Notes: a model not told the origin generated them from the sequence alone. Counted from the stretch's first letter, positions 27,392 through 40,134 are shown. The stretch: DNA of 64,000 nt from Octopus vulgaris (GCA_951406725.2 OX597823.1:63550001-63614000), one strand, 5' to 3'. Program-made: numbers and translations.

Positions 27392-27799
27392 TATACATTC
27401 CATCTACCTTATATTTAACATCGTCAAAATCTCACGAGACTAGTAAAGCCCTTACCTCTATTTCTCTCAACGTTCCTAAATGGTATCACCTTCCCCTGAA
27501 ATCCTCATAAGTATAAATCTCCAATTTTTTTCTTTATAATTCCTATTACAAAAAGGTGCTGCTTTGCGCTTCTTGTAAATTACACAAAATTCACAATCAC
27601 GAAAATGATAATTGTTAAATAATTATATTTACACTACGTTAGAATTGACTTTATCGTCAATCGTTATTAGGTGCCTTATTCCTGGACATGTACATAGGAC
27701 TTGGTAGCGATGTGGCAAAGTTGTTAGGGCTTTAGATTTTATGCTTTGCAGGTATCGCAACATTTCCGTATTTAAAGATGTGATTGAAAGTTTTTACTC

Positions 27800-28017
27800 A
27801 TAATAATTTCAAATTTTGGTACAGGGCCAGCAGTTTTTGAAGGGTGAGGAAGTCGATTACATTGGCCTCAGTACCTGACTGGTACTTATTTTATCGACCC
27901 CGAAAGGATAAAAGGCAAAATTGACCTGTACGGAATTTGAACTCAGAGCATAAGACGGACGAAACGCCGCTAAGCACATTGTCCAGCGTGCTAACGATTC
28001 TGCTTGCTCGCCGCCTT
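27800..28017 (-). mobile_element. SINE family A
   Basis: Reverse complement of the family A head and body. Confidence 0.85.
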
Positions 28018-28091
28018 CATTCTTACCAATGACTCCATTCAGATATTTAACTATTTCATGATAATAATGAGAAGCCGCACACGAAGAGATA

Positions 28092-28617
28092 TACCTTAAA
28101 TCTTCGAGTATAGTCCGCCCTTGAGTATAATACGCAGGGGATTTTTAGGGGGCTGTACCTCTGAAAAACCTAAACCTCGTGTATAATATGCACCCCTTCT
28201 CTAACTTGAGTCGTGCGTAATTAAGCCAGCAGCACCTAATCGCACAAACACTTCCGTGCATGCGTAATACAATAATGATGATGTTCTTAACTGTTATATG
28301 GGAATGTAAATATGTTTGCAAATTGTTTTTGTTACATGTTATTCTGTGTTCTGAATACTTTTATCTTAATAAATGTTGCTTACTGCAAGTTATGGATCAT
28401 TTTTTTATGACGTCATTGCTTGTAGGCTTAGCTTAAGGTATTTTCTGGCCCTACATCACAAAATGCGTCTGAATAAACATTGCCGGGCAGCAAATAGAGA
28501 CTAGGACATTGCTTAGAAAATATTTTTCATTTTTAACTTCGTATATGGTACGCACTAAGGATTTTGACCTTTAAATTTTGGGGAAAAAATGTGGATTATA
28601 CTCGAGGATTTACGGTA
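28092..28617. mobile_element. pogo/Tigger-like MITE
   Basis: TA-flanked TIRs CCTTAAATCTTCGAGTATAGTCCGC / GTGGATTATACTCGAGGATTTACGG; related copies at 49484 and 60365. Confidence 0.85.
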
Positions 28618-29902
28618 TTTCAAAAAGTGTTCATATAGATACTTGCATTAACTTCACATTAGCTTTATCAATATCTTGTCACTAAAGTTTACACAGCTGA
28701 ACATCAATAGAAGCTGGCTCTCTCTCTCTCTCTCTCTCTCTTTCTATCTCTCTCTTTCCTCTCTCTCTTTCTTCTCTCTCTTTCTCCTCTCTCTCGTTTT
28801 CTCCTCCCAGTTGTTACATTCTAAATGTGTCCCTGGATCGAGAAATAAGGACCTCATATGGTTTCAATCTTAGCTTGCCACTACACAGTGTGTAAAACAA
28901 TGAGGGAAAGTATTGTACATACTTATTTTCGAAGGGTACTCGATCACAAGGGACCTCCGGAATTTACGAATTCAAGACTCCACCCCTAAATATTTCTCAT
29001 TAACCTAAAATACCCAGCATCTAATGACACTGATAGTATACGAAAATCAAAATAATCAGACATTCCTATTTATGATTACTTTAATCTTTACGGAATTAAC
29101 TATCCGTCCATATTCATCATCATCCTCGTCATTGTCGTCGTCGTCCTAAGAATTCCACCGTACTGCTGAATTCCAGATCAGAAATTTTCAGAAATGCAAA
29201 CATATGGACAAGTTTCTTTTGTGGAACTGGAGAACACTACCCGCTCTAGATCGAGCAGCTGTATCACGGACTTTAAGCCTCTTCTTTGATTCTACACCAT
29301 CTAGCCTTACGACTCTACAGTCAAAGTGGATATAACTTTAATTCTTTTTTTCTCTTTTCCTTTCACCATTCCACTTTTTGAACCTTCCTCCATCTCATTT
29401 CTTCACGTGATTTCTCTTGTTCTATCGTCCCGATTTTCAACTTGTATATTCCATGTGCCCAAGCAGAGTCTGGAGATTTCTTGAAGACACTGGGCATGTT
29501 TTAAAACTTGCTTAGATAATATCTCCGATGCATGAAACCAATAGTAGCTCATAGCTATATACTGTGTTTAGTAAACAACATTTATCTCTCAGTAGATGGA
29601 GTACTTTTTTGTTGATCTTACCTTAACGGAAAAGTAAACATTGTATGTATGAAAGTATGAATGTATGTCTATGCACATACATACATACATTGTGTACTTA
29701 TACCAGTATAAATGTATATGTATACAAACACTATATACAGTATATGTGTATATATGTGTATATATATATGCATATATATGCATATGTATATATGTATATA
29801 TACATATATATGTATATATATGCATATATATATATATATATATATGCATATATATATGCATATATATATATATTTATATATATATATATGCATATATATA
29901 TA

Positions 29903-29948
<46 letters not shown>

Positions 29949-29964
29949 TGTATGTATATACTAT

Positions 29965-30270
29965 TTCCTTTCTCTTTTAGCCTGATACTTATTCTATCGG
30001 TATCTTTGCCGAACCACTAAGTTGTGGGGACGCAAACACACCAACACCGGTTGTCAAGCGGTGCTGGGGAACAAACATTGATACAAAGAGACACACACAT
30101 AGATATCGATATATATGCAATGGGATTCTTTCAGTTTCTGTCTATCAAATCCACTCACAAGTCTTTGCACGAGGCTATAGTAGAAGACACTTGCCCAAGG
30201 TGCCATGCAGTGGGACTGAACCCGGTACCATGTTGTTAGGAAGCAAGTTTCTTCCAACATAGCCACGCTA
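29965..30270 (-). mobile_element. SINE family B, partial
   Basis: Matches family B in reverse complement. Confidence 0.8.
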
Positions 30271-30914
30271 GCAAACACACACTAATTCATATACACACCG
30301 ACACATATACATACACACAACATATACCTCCACGCGCACGCACACATACACTTACGTACACACATATAAGCACAGACACACACATACATACGCACACTTG
30401 CACACAATCATACATACGTATATATACACACACACGCACGTACAAGCACACACGCACACATACACTAAGTCTAAGCACAGTTACTCGCCATACACACAAA
30501 AAAACACACACGTACACACACACATACTACAACAAAACACACACACGATACATATACACACACACACATACCTCCCTGTTTCTGATCTGCCTTTCTGACT
30601 TGCTAGGGTACCCCCACCCACTCCTTAATTCCCTACTGCCTGCTACCAGCCATCGTCCACCATTCCACTACTGCTTGCTACCAGCCATCGTCCACCATAC
30701 ACACACATACACACACACGCACACACTCACACACACACCCTTGTCATCTCGCACACCTTTTTATCATTCCTTCTCTGATTCAGCTCTTTTGTTTTTAAAA
30801 AACACTTTTCCTTCCTTTTGACCACTTCCGTATTTTTAGTATGTGACCTCGTGTAGACTACCTGCTATTTTTTTTTCCTCTGTCCTCCCGTCTCGGGATG
30901 TTTCTTTCTCCTAT

Positions 30915-30949
30915 GTTTCCGACGAAGAGCTCCGCTCGAAACGTCAAAC
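30915..30949 (+). ncRNA. Minimal type I hammerhead ribozyme motif
   Basis: GTTT-CCGACGA-A-GAGC-TCC-GCTC-GAAA-CGTC-AAAC: stem I GTTT/AAAC, stem II GAGC/GCTC, ACGT palindromic stem III, GUC site; core has a U4C variant. Confidence 0.65.
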
Positions 30950-31041
30950 CCTCCTTCTTCCCTTCTTTCCTGAGCGTCCAATAATACTTTATTTGTTCCA
31001 CATCCTTGCGTTGTTGTTTTTTTGTTTTCTTGTTTGGATTA

Positions 31042-31121
<80 letters not shown>

Positions 31122-31440
31122 AACTATTACTGGATTTATATACTAACCGTTGAATAATCTATTTTGAATACCTAACTGTGAGCAAACGGGTAAACTTTTG
31201 GAGAAATCCCTTACTAATTGCATATATATACGTGTGTGTGTGTGTGTGTAACACAGAACCAAAAATAGTTATAAATATCTAAACATTACCCAAGTCTAAT
31301 TTGATTAAATATGAGGAAAACCCAAGCAATACCAAAGTAAATGATTCCCACAAACTATGAATCCACAAACACTTTAAAAGAATAGAGTAAAACTCAGAAT
31401 AACGAGACTATGATTTGAGAAATTCACAGAGAAATTCATA

Positions 31441-31870
31441 GGTGCAGGAGTGGCTGTGTGGTAAGTAGCTTGCTAACCAACCACATGGTTCCGGGTTCAG
31501 TCCCACTGCGTGGCATCTTGGGCAAGTGTCTTCTGCTATAGCCCCGGGCCGACCAATGCCTTGTGAGTGGATTTGGTAGACGGAAACTGAAAGAAGCCTG
31601 TCGTATATATGTATATATATATGTATATGTGTGTGTGTGTATGTGTGTGTGTGTCTGTGTTTGTCCCCCTAACATTGCTTGACAACCGATGCTGGTGTGT
31701 TTACGTCCCCGTCACTTAGCGGTTCGGCAAAAAGAGACCGATAGAATAAGCACTGGGCTTACAAAGAATAAGTCCCGGGGTCGATTTGCTCGACTAAAGG
31801 CGGTGCTCCAGCATGGCCGCAGTCAAAATGACTGAAACAAGTAAAAGAGTAAAAGAGAGTAAAGAGAGTC
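31441..31870 (+). mobile_element. SINE family B, full length
   Basis: Near-identical to 3465-3904. Confidence 0.9.
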
Positions 31871-31934
31871 GAGCATAATTTGTGCGTATCCCCATCATCA
31901 GCTGCCCGAATGGATATCATGAAATGGATATCAT

Positions 31935-32530
31935 CAAACGTTTGACATCACTCGAAAAAGACATTTTCTTTGGATAGAAAATATAAACATATAGATTCCC
32001 TTACAGCTGTTTCTAGAATAGCCAAGCATGTGGATCATGATATTGAGTAAGGATTCCTTAAGCTGAGTATACCATCATCAGAGAGGGAGAAGTCTGAGAG
32101 ATGTAAAAATGTGGGAATATCTCCAGTCGAGGATATTAATATATTCCAGTTTGTCAAAAAACGAGGGAAGGATCAGAGTAAGATAGGTATGCGTTGCATA
32201 GTTCCATGTTCAAATAAATAATACAGTTATAATTAATATCTATAAGCAGTTTCAAATGAGAGTGTTCGATGATAATTCATGGCAAGGAATAATGGAAGTT
32301 ACCAGTTCTAATTTTGAATAGAGAGTGAATGAGGGTTGAGTAGGAATATTATATTATAGTGTGGAAGAAAGAGAGACAACTCTAATGGCGGTATATCCAG
32401 CTTATGGAATCCTTACCCAATATCATGATCCACATGCTTGGCTATTCTAGAAACAGCTGTAAGGAACTCTATATCGTTATATTCTCTATCTAAATTAAAT
32501 GTCTTTTTCGAACGGTGCCAAACGTTTTGC
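31935..32530. repeat. Inverted repeat with arms of about 150 bp (Penelope-like inverted terminal structure)
   Basis: 31935-32085 is the reverse complement of about 32380-32530, sharing CCTTACAGCTGTTTCTAGAATAGCCAAGCATGTGGATCATGATATTG. Confidence 0.85.
31997..32088 (-). ncRNA. Hammerhead ribozyme motif with long stem II
   Basis: Minus strand CTCT-CTGATGA-(imperfect stem-loop of about 60 nt)-GAAA-CAGCTGT-A-AGGG; ACAGCTGT palindrome, GUA site. Confidence 0.55.
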
Positions 32531-32611
32531 TTTTTCGTGTCTACTTTAATCTATATCTATGCACTCAATGAGAAACCACCTCTAACCACCTTCGATAGGC
32601 AGTCTCAACAT

Positions 32612-32932
32612 CAGGGCTGGCCAACCCGAGGCCTGCGAGCCGCATGCAGCCCGCAAACTCTTGTCTGATACTTTCTTGAAATGGGCTTATTTAAAGATAC
32701 ATTTTAATAATTTTATCAAAAAATTAAAGATTGCAGTGAAAAGTAAAAAAAGAAACATATTACTGTTTTTACAACGATAATATTTCATGTTTAATCAACG
32801 ATCTTTCATTCATTATTGTAATAATAGCATGAGAAAGCAAAATACTTTCCATTCTGTCAGTATACAAGCGGCCCTCAAAAAACTTTCTGTGATTAAAGTG
32901 GCCCGCAATGTAATTCGAGTTGGCCAGGCCTG
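32612..32932. mobile_element. hAT MITE with 8-bp TSD
   Basis: TIRs CAGGGCTGGCCAAC / GTTGGCCAGGCCTG; perfect CTCAACAT duplication at 32604-32611 and 32933-32940. Confidence 0.92.
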
Positions 32933-34244
32933 CTCAACATCACACTTTCCAGTTGCCGTTCAAGCCGGAGTTTAAGTGGTAAACCAAACGGAGCACTCAT
33001 AGTACATACCTATTACTTTACATCAGCTGACGATATAATTAAAACAATTAATTAATAAGATGTCCTAACTACAAGCACACTAAATAATCCATTATAATTA
33101 AACGGCCAACGAGCCTGTTACTTGGAAAGAACTCAAATTACCCTTAATCATAGAATAAATAAATACGCATACACACGCGTTGGCATCGGAATGGAATTGA
33201 GAAGTTCACTTCGTAGCCATATGACTTTTTGGAGGTTCATAATAAACTGTGCGGCATATGGTCCCTGGTGTTGATTTGTATACGACCCGTAAGAACTGAC
33301 AGAGGTACTAAACTTAAGAAAGCCAATATCGGTGTAGATTTCCAGTAAATGAACCCAATAAAAAAAAAACCGTACGCGCACGCGCGTGTATGCGTGCATG
33401 AGCGTAAACAGACCACCCACATTAATGTATGTCCCTTATGACAGTTATTGGATAAACCGGGCGAGTTAAGAGTCATTGGCGGTATTAAATTCCATTATGA
33501 TTAATGAGTGTTACCGTTTAGTTACCCTGTAATTTTCGTTGATATTTCAGTACATGAGGCAACTTTCGACCTCGTAGCTTACATCATGGTTTCAATAAAG
33601 TAATTGTTTCTAATAATATAATAACGATAATAATTCAGCTTGTTTTTTCTGTGGCGTATGTTTGTAAAAGTAATGGTATTAGAAAGCAAACAGTTTCAAA
33701 CGTTTCAAACGAAGGCCATCGAAAAATTGACTGAATTTCTTGTAATAATTTCAAACGAAAACGAAAATACAAAATGGCTTAAATACATAAGATTTTTCAT
33801 CTGATAAACAGCTCTGGACATCTTGACATGAAATTCACTTCAAAAATCAAGAGAGAAAACTTACTTAAAAAGATATAAAACAAGGGAAATAACTCTCTAA
33901 GTTTCACTATGCAGGGAGTTAACAAAATAGAAAAGTTTGAACTAACAGTGTAATTACATGGATGAGACAAAAAGTGTTATGCGCAAATGCAAACATAATG
34001 ATTAGTTTCGTCTGGTCAGATGCTATCCGTTCCACATATTGTGAGACATCCGTACGTCATTGGATTTAACAGCCATCCATCCGACCGTCCATGTATGTAT
34101 GTATGTATGTATGTATGTATGTATGTATGTATGTATGTATGTATGTATGTATGTATACGTGCAGATCTGTATGTTTCGTTTTATGTACGTATTCTCATGC
34201 ATATAGTTGCATGTCTAAACATGCTCGTATATACTTAAATGATT

Positions 34245-34575
34245 AACTTCTAGAAAGTTTGACAATTTTTTTACGGTTCTAGTGATGGATTTGATCTACA
34301 GTCGTCGAACCAGCTTTCTCCTTTCTGGTTTTGAGAAGCTTGATATCTCAAAATTGATACTTAGGTAGTCTGTTACATATCCCAGTGCCCCAATAATTAC
34401 AGGTATAATGCTGAACTTGTAATCTGGATAGTGTAGCTATAAATTCCTCAATGGTTCAGCCTGGGTATTTTCTTTTTCGCTGATCTTTAGCTGTATGTTT
34501 ACATCTGCTGGGCGGCTGATTTCCACAACTGTACGCAATTTCTCTTCTCTACCCCAAATTACAGCATCAGGTCTA
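34245..34575 (-). mobile_element. RLE domain fragment of an R4/Dong-like LINE
   Basis: Minus strand reads RPDAVIWGREEKLRTVVEISRPADVNIQLKISEKE...FSIIPVIIGALGYV, which fits the RPD..E and IPVIIGALG motifs. Confidence 0.8.
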
Positions 34576-34792
34576 TGCATACATGCATGCATGAATAAGA
34601 TGAAACCTAGCCGCCAGAACTTTGGGCTATATATGCTGTCTAAGACTACTCCCTAATATGTTGCAATAGTTGACAATAACGGGCATATGGCGTAGTGGTT
34701 AAGAGCGCAGGCTACTAACCCCAAGATTCCGAGTTCGATTCCAGACAGTAACCTGAATAATAATAATATTAATAATAATAATAATAATAATG

Positions 34793-34826
<34 letters not shown>

Positions 34827-34844
34827 CTTAGGAATGAGAACCCC

Positions 34845-34894
34845 TTGACACCTGATGAAGGCTGAAGGGTATATCAGCCGAAACGTTGTGTTAA
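34845..34894 (+). ncRNA. Minimal type I hammerhead ribozyme motif
   Basis: TTGACAC-CTGATGA-A-GGCTGA-AGGGTATA-TCAGCC-GAAA-CGTT-GTGTTAA: 7-bp stem I, 6-bp stem II, ACGT palindromic stem III, GUU site. Confidence 0.75.
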
Positions 34895-35058
34895 CAACAA
34901 ACAAGATGAGGACAAATATCCGTCAAATATAAATAATATAAGTAATGTAAATAATGTACATAATTCCTCATCTCTTAAAATGCCCACGGGCATATGGCAT
35001 AGTGGTTAAGAGCACGGGTTGCTAACCCCAAGATTCCAAGATCGATTCCAGGCAATGA

Positions 35059-35103
<45 letters not shown>

Positions 35104-35152
35104 CATCAAAAAATTCCTTAGGAATGGGACCCTAGGTTCGAAATTTCCTCAA

Positions 35153-35196
35153 GACACCTGATGAAGGCTAGAAGGTATATCAGCTGAAACGTGTTA
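35153..35196 (+). ncRNA. Degenerate second hammerhead copy
   Basis: GACAC-CTGATGA-AGGCTAGAAGGTATATCAGCT-GAAA-CGTGTT; stem II mismatches and a 2-nt deletion at the cleavage site. Confidence 0.5.
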
Positions 35197-35362
35197 GCAA
35201 CAAACAAGATGAGGACAAATATCCATTGAATATAATTTATATAATTTTCTGTTTGGTAAATAAGGACGATATTCTAACAATTACTGAAACGTTGTAGGCT
35301 GGTTCTTACTGTTGGTAATTTACTGTTCCAATTAGAGTTATTGCTCCAGTAGTTATTGTTCT

Positions 35363-35519
35363 CAGGCGCGGTCCCAGGAATTTTTTCGAAGAGAGGGCAC
35401 AAGGTCAGAAGGGAATACAACTCCAGGAGAAAAGGGCGTAATAACATTATTTAGAAGGGAGCACTTCTTTTCTCGAGTGGGGCACGTGCCCCTCAACCCC
35501 CACCCTTGGTCCGCCCCTG
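35363..35519. mobile_element. Small MITE with GC-rich TIRs
   Basis: CAGGCGCGGTCCCAGG ... CCTTGGTCCGCCCCTG imperfect inverted ends. Confidence 0.55.
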
Positions 35520-35769
35520 GTTCCTGCACTAGCGCTTGTACTATGGCTATCGAGATTTTCGTGACCTAGAATGGTAAACAATTAATACTTGATTAATTTT
35601 CCTCTGAACTCTATTAGTATCAGGCAACATTATTTTGACTATGTTATTTCACGTTGCTCTTTTTACTATTGTTCACTAAAAGCTTCCTCAACCGCAATGT
35701 GCTTCATTTAACAAATTCAGATTTATTATTACACGATACTTAGGCTGGTAGAATCGTTAGCACGTCGAC

Positions 35770-36095
35770 CTTGGCCTGGTTTTTCATCGGTTATGACGAA
35801 GAGGGTTCCAATTCACCCGATCAATGGATCATCCTGCTCGTGAAATTAACGTACAAGTGGCCGAGCAATCCACAGATTCGTGGACCCTTAATGGAGTTCT
35901 TAGGGAGATTCACCCTGACACAGAATGTGGCAAGGCTGGCCCTTTAAATTACAAGCACAACTCATTTTTGCCTGCTCAGTGGACTGGTGCAACGTGAAAT
36001 AAAGTGTCTTGCTCAAGAACAAGACGCACCGTTAGGAATCGAACTCACAGCTTTAGAATCGTGAGCTGAATGCGCTATCCACTAAGACACACGTA
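35770..36095 (-). mobile_element. Third tRNA-derived SINE family, degenerate
   Basis: Minus strand CTTAGTGGATAGCGCA...GAGTTCGATTCC...TTGAGCAAGACACTTTATTTCAC; related pieces at about 45600-45660 and 47690-47790. Confidence 0.65.
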
Positions 36096-37334
36096 TGCTA
36101 GCACGTCGGAAAAAATACTTAGCGAAATTTCTTCCGGGTCTTTACATTCAGCGTTCAAATTTCGCCAGGGTCGTCTTAACTTTTCTTCCATTCTGAGTCG
36201 GTGAAAATGAGTAAAAGTTTCAATCTGCGGTAGATACAGTCGATTTGACCATCCCTCAAAATTGATGGTCTTGCGCCAAAATTAGAAAGAATTAAAATTT
36301 ATTCCATTCTTCCTTATCTCTTCTCATTTTCCAGATTATCGTTAGAGCGTTAGTTAAAATGATATAAAATGATTTTGCAGTGTTTTTATCGGTCTCTTTA
36401 GATTCTGAATTCAAATCCCGCTGTGGTCAAGTTTGCTTTTCATCTTTTTGGAATTGGTAAAAAAAAAAAGTGTTAGTCAAGAACTGGAGTGGATTTAATT
36501 GACTTCCAATCTATGATTATATGGAATGGGCTAAAAATGGCACAACAAATAAAACCACATCTTCGCTCAAACTGGAGGCTCTAACAACGGGTAATATCAA
36601 ACAATAATATCTGTAACAATTTACCAACACACATAGACAAAGGCGCGCACACACACACACACACACGCACACATGCACACACACATACACACACATTCTC
36701 GCACTCATCAATATTTCGTTCATTCATCTACACACGGTCTTTCTCGCGCTAAAAGGGAACCCTATTTAAGGGTATAACGTAACACACACATACAAAAACA
36801 CACGTAAACACCCATACAAACACACGCACGCACACACACAGAACCATACACGCACGTCTCTCACACACACGTAAACACCCACACAAACACACACATACAC
36901 ACGTATACACAAGGAATACTTAAAGGGAAGTTAGCAGTGAAGTTTCTCCACCGTTCAGCGAAGTAAATTCGTTGATTAATCGACTGGATTACCTCCCTTT
37001 GAATTGTGTAAGTGACCCAGTATTATGGATACACTTTCTCAACATAATCCTCAGATAAAATCAGAACGATACATTGAGTGTGATAAGATCGTACTTTTAA
37101 GAATTACATCTACAGTTCATCCGATGGTCTTCCATAGAGTTTCCGTCTACTCAGTTTTCACCCACAAAATACGAGTCGACCCGAAACTAAAGAAAATGAT
37201 ATTCGTCCAAGATGCCATACCGTAGAATCAAACCCAACAACTCGTGATTGTGAAGCGAACTATGAGCGAATGATGGTTAATTCGGCCGTACTGCGCTTGA
37301 AAATTACATTTCGTGTAAAGAGACCAACATATTC

Positions 37335-37440
<106 letters not shown>

Positions 37441-38082
37441 TAGACAGACAGAGAGAGAGACAGAGAGATGCACTAGTATCCGACTTCTATACGTATACAG
37501 GAAAGAAGAATTTCAAAAAAAAGGGGGGGGGGAATCATGATCAAGAGAAGGGAAGTAACTCCTGTTTTAGTCAATTTCAGTTTTAGACGCATGTCGCCGT
37601 CGTCGTTGTGGTTTTGCCGCTGCACCGTCATTAGTGTCTTTGCTACGCTTGTTTAACCCCAGATCAGTTGTGACCCTACACATTCTACTCAAAGGAATTC
37701 CAGCCAAAACTATTCTGTTATTTTCCATTTTATTTCATTACGTCATAACTTTATTTCTGGCGATGGGATGTAATACAGTTGATTTGGTTGCTATTTCTAG
37801 AAACTTTGAGTGGTTGCGTCATGGTTTTTCTCATTAGATACTTTTTGTGTTTCACTCTTTTACTGGCTTCGGTCATTGATCTGGGGCCATGCCAAGGCAC
37901 TATTTTGAAGGATTTTAGTTCATCATACCAGTCTTAGTACTTATTTTTTGTTCTTTTTTTTTAAAGTCTGGTACCTATTTTATCAATCTTTGTCGGACCA
38001 CTAAGTTGCGGGATATGACCACAGTATTTTTTTACCAGCAGTGTACCGTCAAGACAGATATAAGGATAGACATGTGAACACA

Positions 38083-38124
<42 letters not shown>

Positions 38125-38150
38125 TACATATACTTACATTTATATACATA

Positions 38151-38783
38151 CTAGCAGCTAAGTCCGTTTCACCCGGTCACTTTGGATGACGTGACTGTAA
38201 AACCTGCTCTGTGTAAGCATTCGACTTGTTTGGGTACGTTTACGTTAAAAAACAATTTTAGAGTGACTTTTTCTATCAAAATGCAAAAAATAACTGACTA
38301 ACAAAAAAAAAACAACCAAGATTCAACCAAATCAAAAAATAAACCCAAATACTAAGAAAACAAAGATGAACCATCCCACTTCCATGGCGCGCGCACACGC
38401 ACACACACATATACACACAAACACACACGCACATGCACACACACACACATTCACATACCCCCTTTTACATATATTCACACAGTCGAAACGCTGTTTGATT
38501 TATTTTTTCAGTGTACAATTTTCATCATCCCACTACCAAGTATGACATTACCCCCTTCCTTCCTTATTCATTTATCACCCCTTCCTTTCTCATTCATAAA
38601 CACATGAGTATTATTATACTAGATTATCACGGTAACCATGGGAGCTATGAAAAAAATACAAAGCCCAGCATCACCACCGGATCATTCTACAGATCTGTAA
38701 TTTTTCGTTCAATTCCACCCAGCCGTTTGACCGTGAATCCCAAGACAAGAAAGAATCGCCCATGTCAAATTCATATGTATAGA
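38151..38783 (-). mobile_element. Non-autonomous Helitron-like element
   Basis: Minus strand 5' A|TCTATACATATGAATTTGAC and 3' CCGGGTGAAACGG hairpin followed by CTGCTAG|T. Confidence 0.65.
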
Positions 38784-38959
38784 TATTATGGCGTTTCTGT
38801 CGACCATTTTCGCTCATAATCGTCAGCACGTGACTATTGTAGAAGACAATTGTCCAAGATGCTACATAATGGAACCGAACACGAAACCACGTAGTGGAAC
38901 CGAACGCGAAACCATGTAGCTGGAAGTGAACTTCGCAACCACATAACCACGCTTGCACC

Positions 38960-39078
38960 AAGCTAAAGATTGTGTAGGTTTCTCAAACTGTCAGCGATGT
39001 AAGGCAATAACTTAACTGGACGTTGCTTAACTTGTTAATCGAATGAGAACTGGTGCTTTCAATGTGATATGGCCTTAC
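38960..39078 (-). pseudogene. Decayed 5S rRNA copy or 5S-derived SINE head
   Basis: Minus strand GGCCATATCACATTGAAAGCACCAGTTCTCATTCGATTAACAAGTTAAGCAACGT closely follows the invertebrate 5S rRNA 5' half; the 3' half is more diverged. Confidence 0.75.
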
Positions 39079-39104
39079 GTTGATTCGTTTTAATTGTAAT
39101 TTGA

Positions 39105-39825
39105 TTGATACGAGTGAAGAAGTTTAACTATCCCAGCGCTGTATTTAGGAATGATGGAATGTGGGAGGCTGAAGTGAATGCTAAAATTGCAGGTACTGGC
39201 GTAGTGATGCGCTGGCTACAGTTTCGATACTCAGGAGAGGAAAGGTTGGTAAACAAATCCAAACTTGCCAGCTTTAATTTTGTTTTTGTGCCTAGGGAAT
39301 GTTGACTAACAACCGAAAGAGTATGAAAGCAAATAGAAGTGGATGGAATGGGTTCTTCTGGTGGATCTTTGAAGTTATGTTACTCAACAGGGTGCGTAGC
39401 TCTGAGGTCAGGAAGACTCTCCAGTTTGATTCTTACTTCTTCGCGTTCAGAGGTCACAGCTTTGGTACTACGGACATATGATTAGACTGTTTGCTGGAAA
39501 GAATCGCAAAATGGATTCTGCAAGCCAAACCAACTGGCAGGAGACCCAGGAGGTAATCAAGAATAAGTTAGTCATACTTGGGAATGTAGCCGAAAAGATC
39601 AATGCCGATTGCTTCTGAGAGGACTCTACGGAGGATTCTAATCCCACAACCCCACGAAGAATAGTGGACGGGGAAGATGGATGGATGGATGGATGGATGG
39701 ATGGATGGATGGATGGATGGATGGATGGATGGATGGATGGATGGATGGATGGATGGATGGATGGATGGATGGATGGATGGATGGATGGATGGATGGATGG
39801 ATGGATGGATGGATGGATGGATGGA
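39105..39825 (+). mobile_element. RTE-clade (Expander/Rex3-like) LINE 3' fragment with (GATG)n tail
   Basis: Broken frames give [43 protein letters not shown] and [11 protein letters not shown], followed directly by a long (GATG)n. Confidence 0.8.
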
Positions 39826-40134
39826 TAACAACAGTGAGGTAAATGTTTATCAAGATAGACTCAAGGTCGTACAGTGGTGAGAGATATTGTCGATTGGGGG
39901 GCATTCCCCGCTTGGAGGCAGCTGACCGATCCGAGAGTGTGACTGAATCGGTCTCCCGTTGCGGCTCACGATACGTTTTCATTTATTGATGTTTATGTAA
40001 TATACCAATAAGATTTAATTTATATTTCCATAACAGCACATACAATTGATGTACCTTGTAGATTGTGCTCCCTGGATTGGCTCTTGAATTATTTTTTTCC
40101 ATCCGTGAGAAACACAAAATACATACGAAACATA

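Larger units (their letters stand above)
34681..35240 (+). mobile_element. Tandem dimer of a tRNA-headed, hammerhead-containing repeat
   Basis: Units start at 34681 and 34988 with GGGCATATGGC(G/A)TAGTGGTTAAGAGC and a GTTCGATTCC-type B box, then (AAT)n, then a hammerhead core. Confidence 0.8.

Noticed and set aside
34681-34755. Functional tRNA gene
   Set aside because: A and B boxes are present but the acceptor stem does not pair and there is no poly-T terminator; treated as a SINE-type head.
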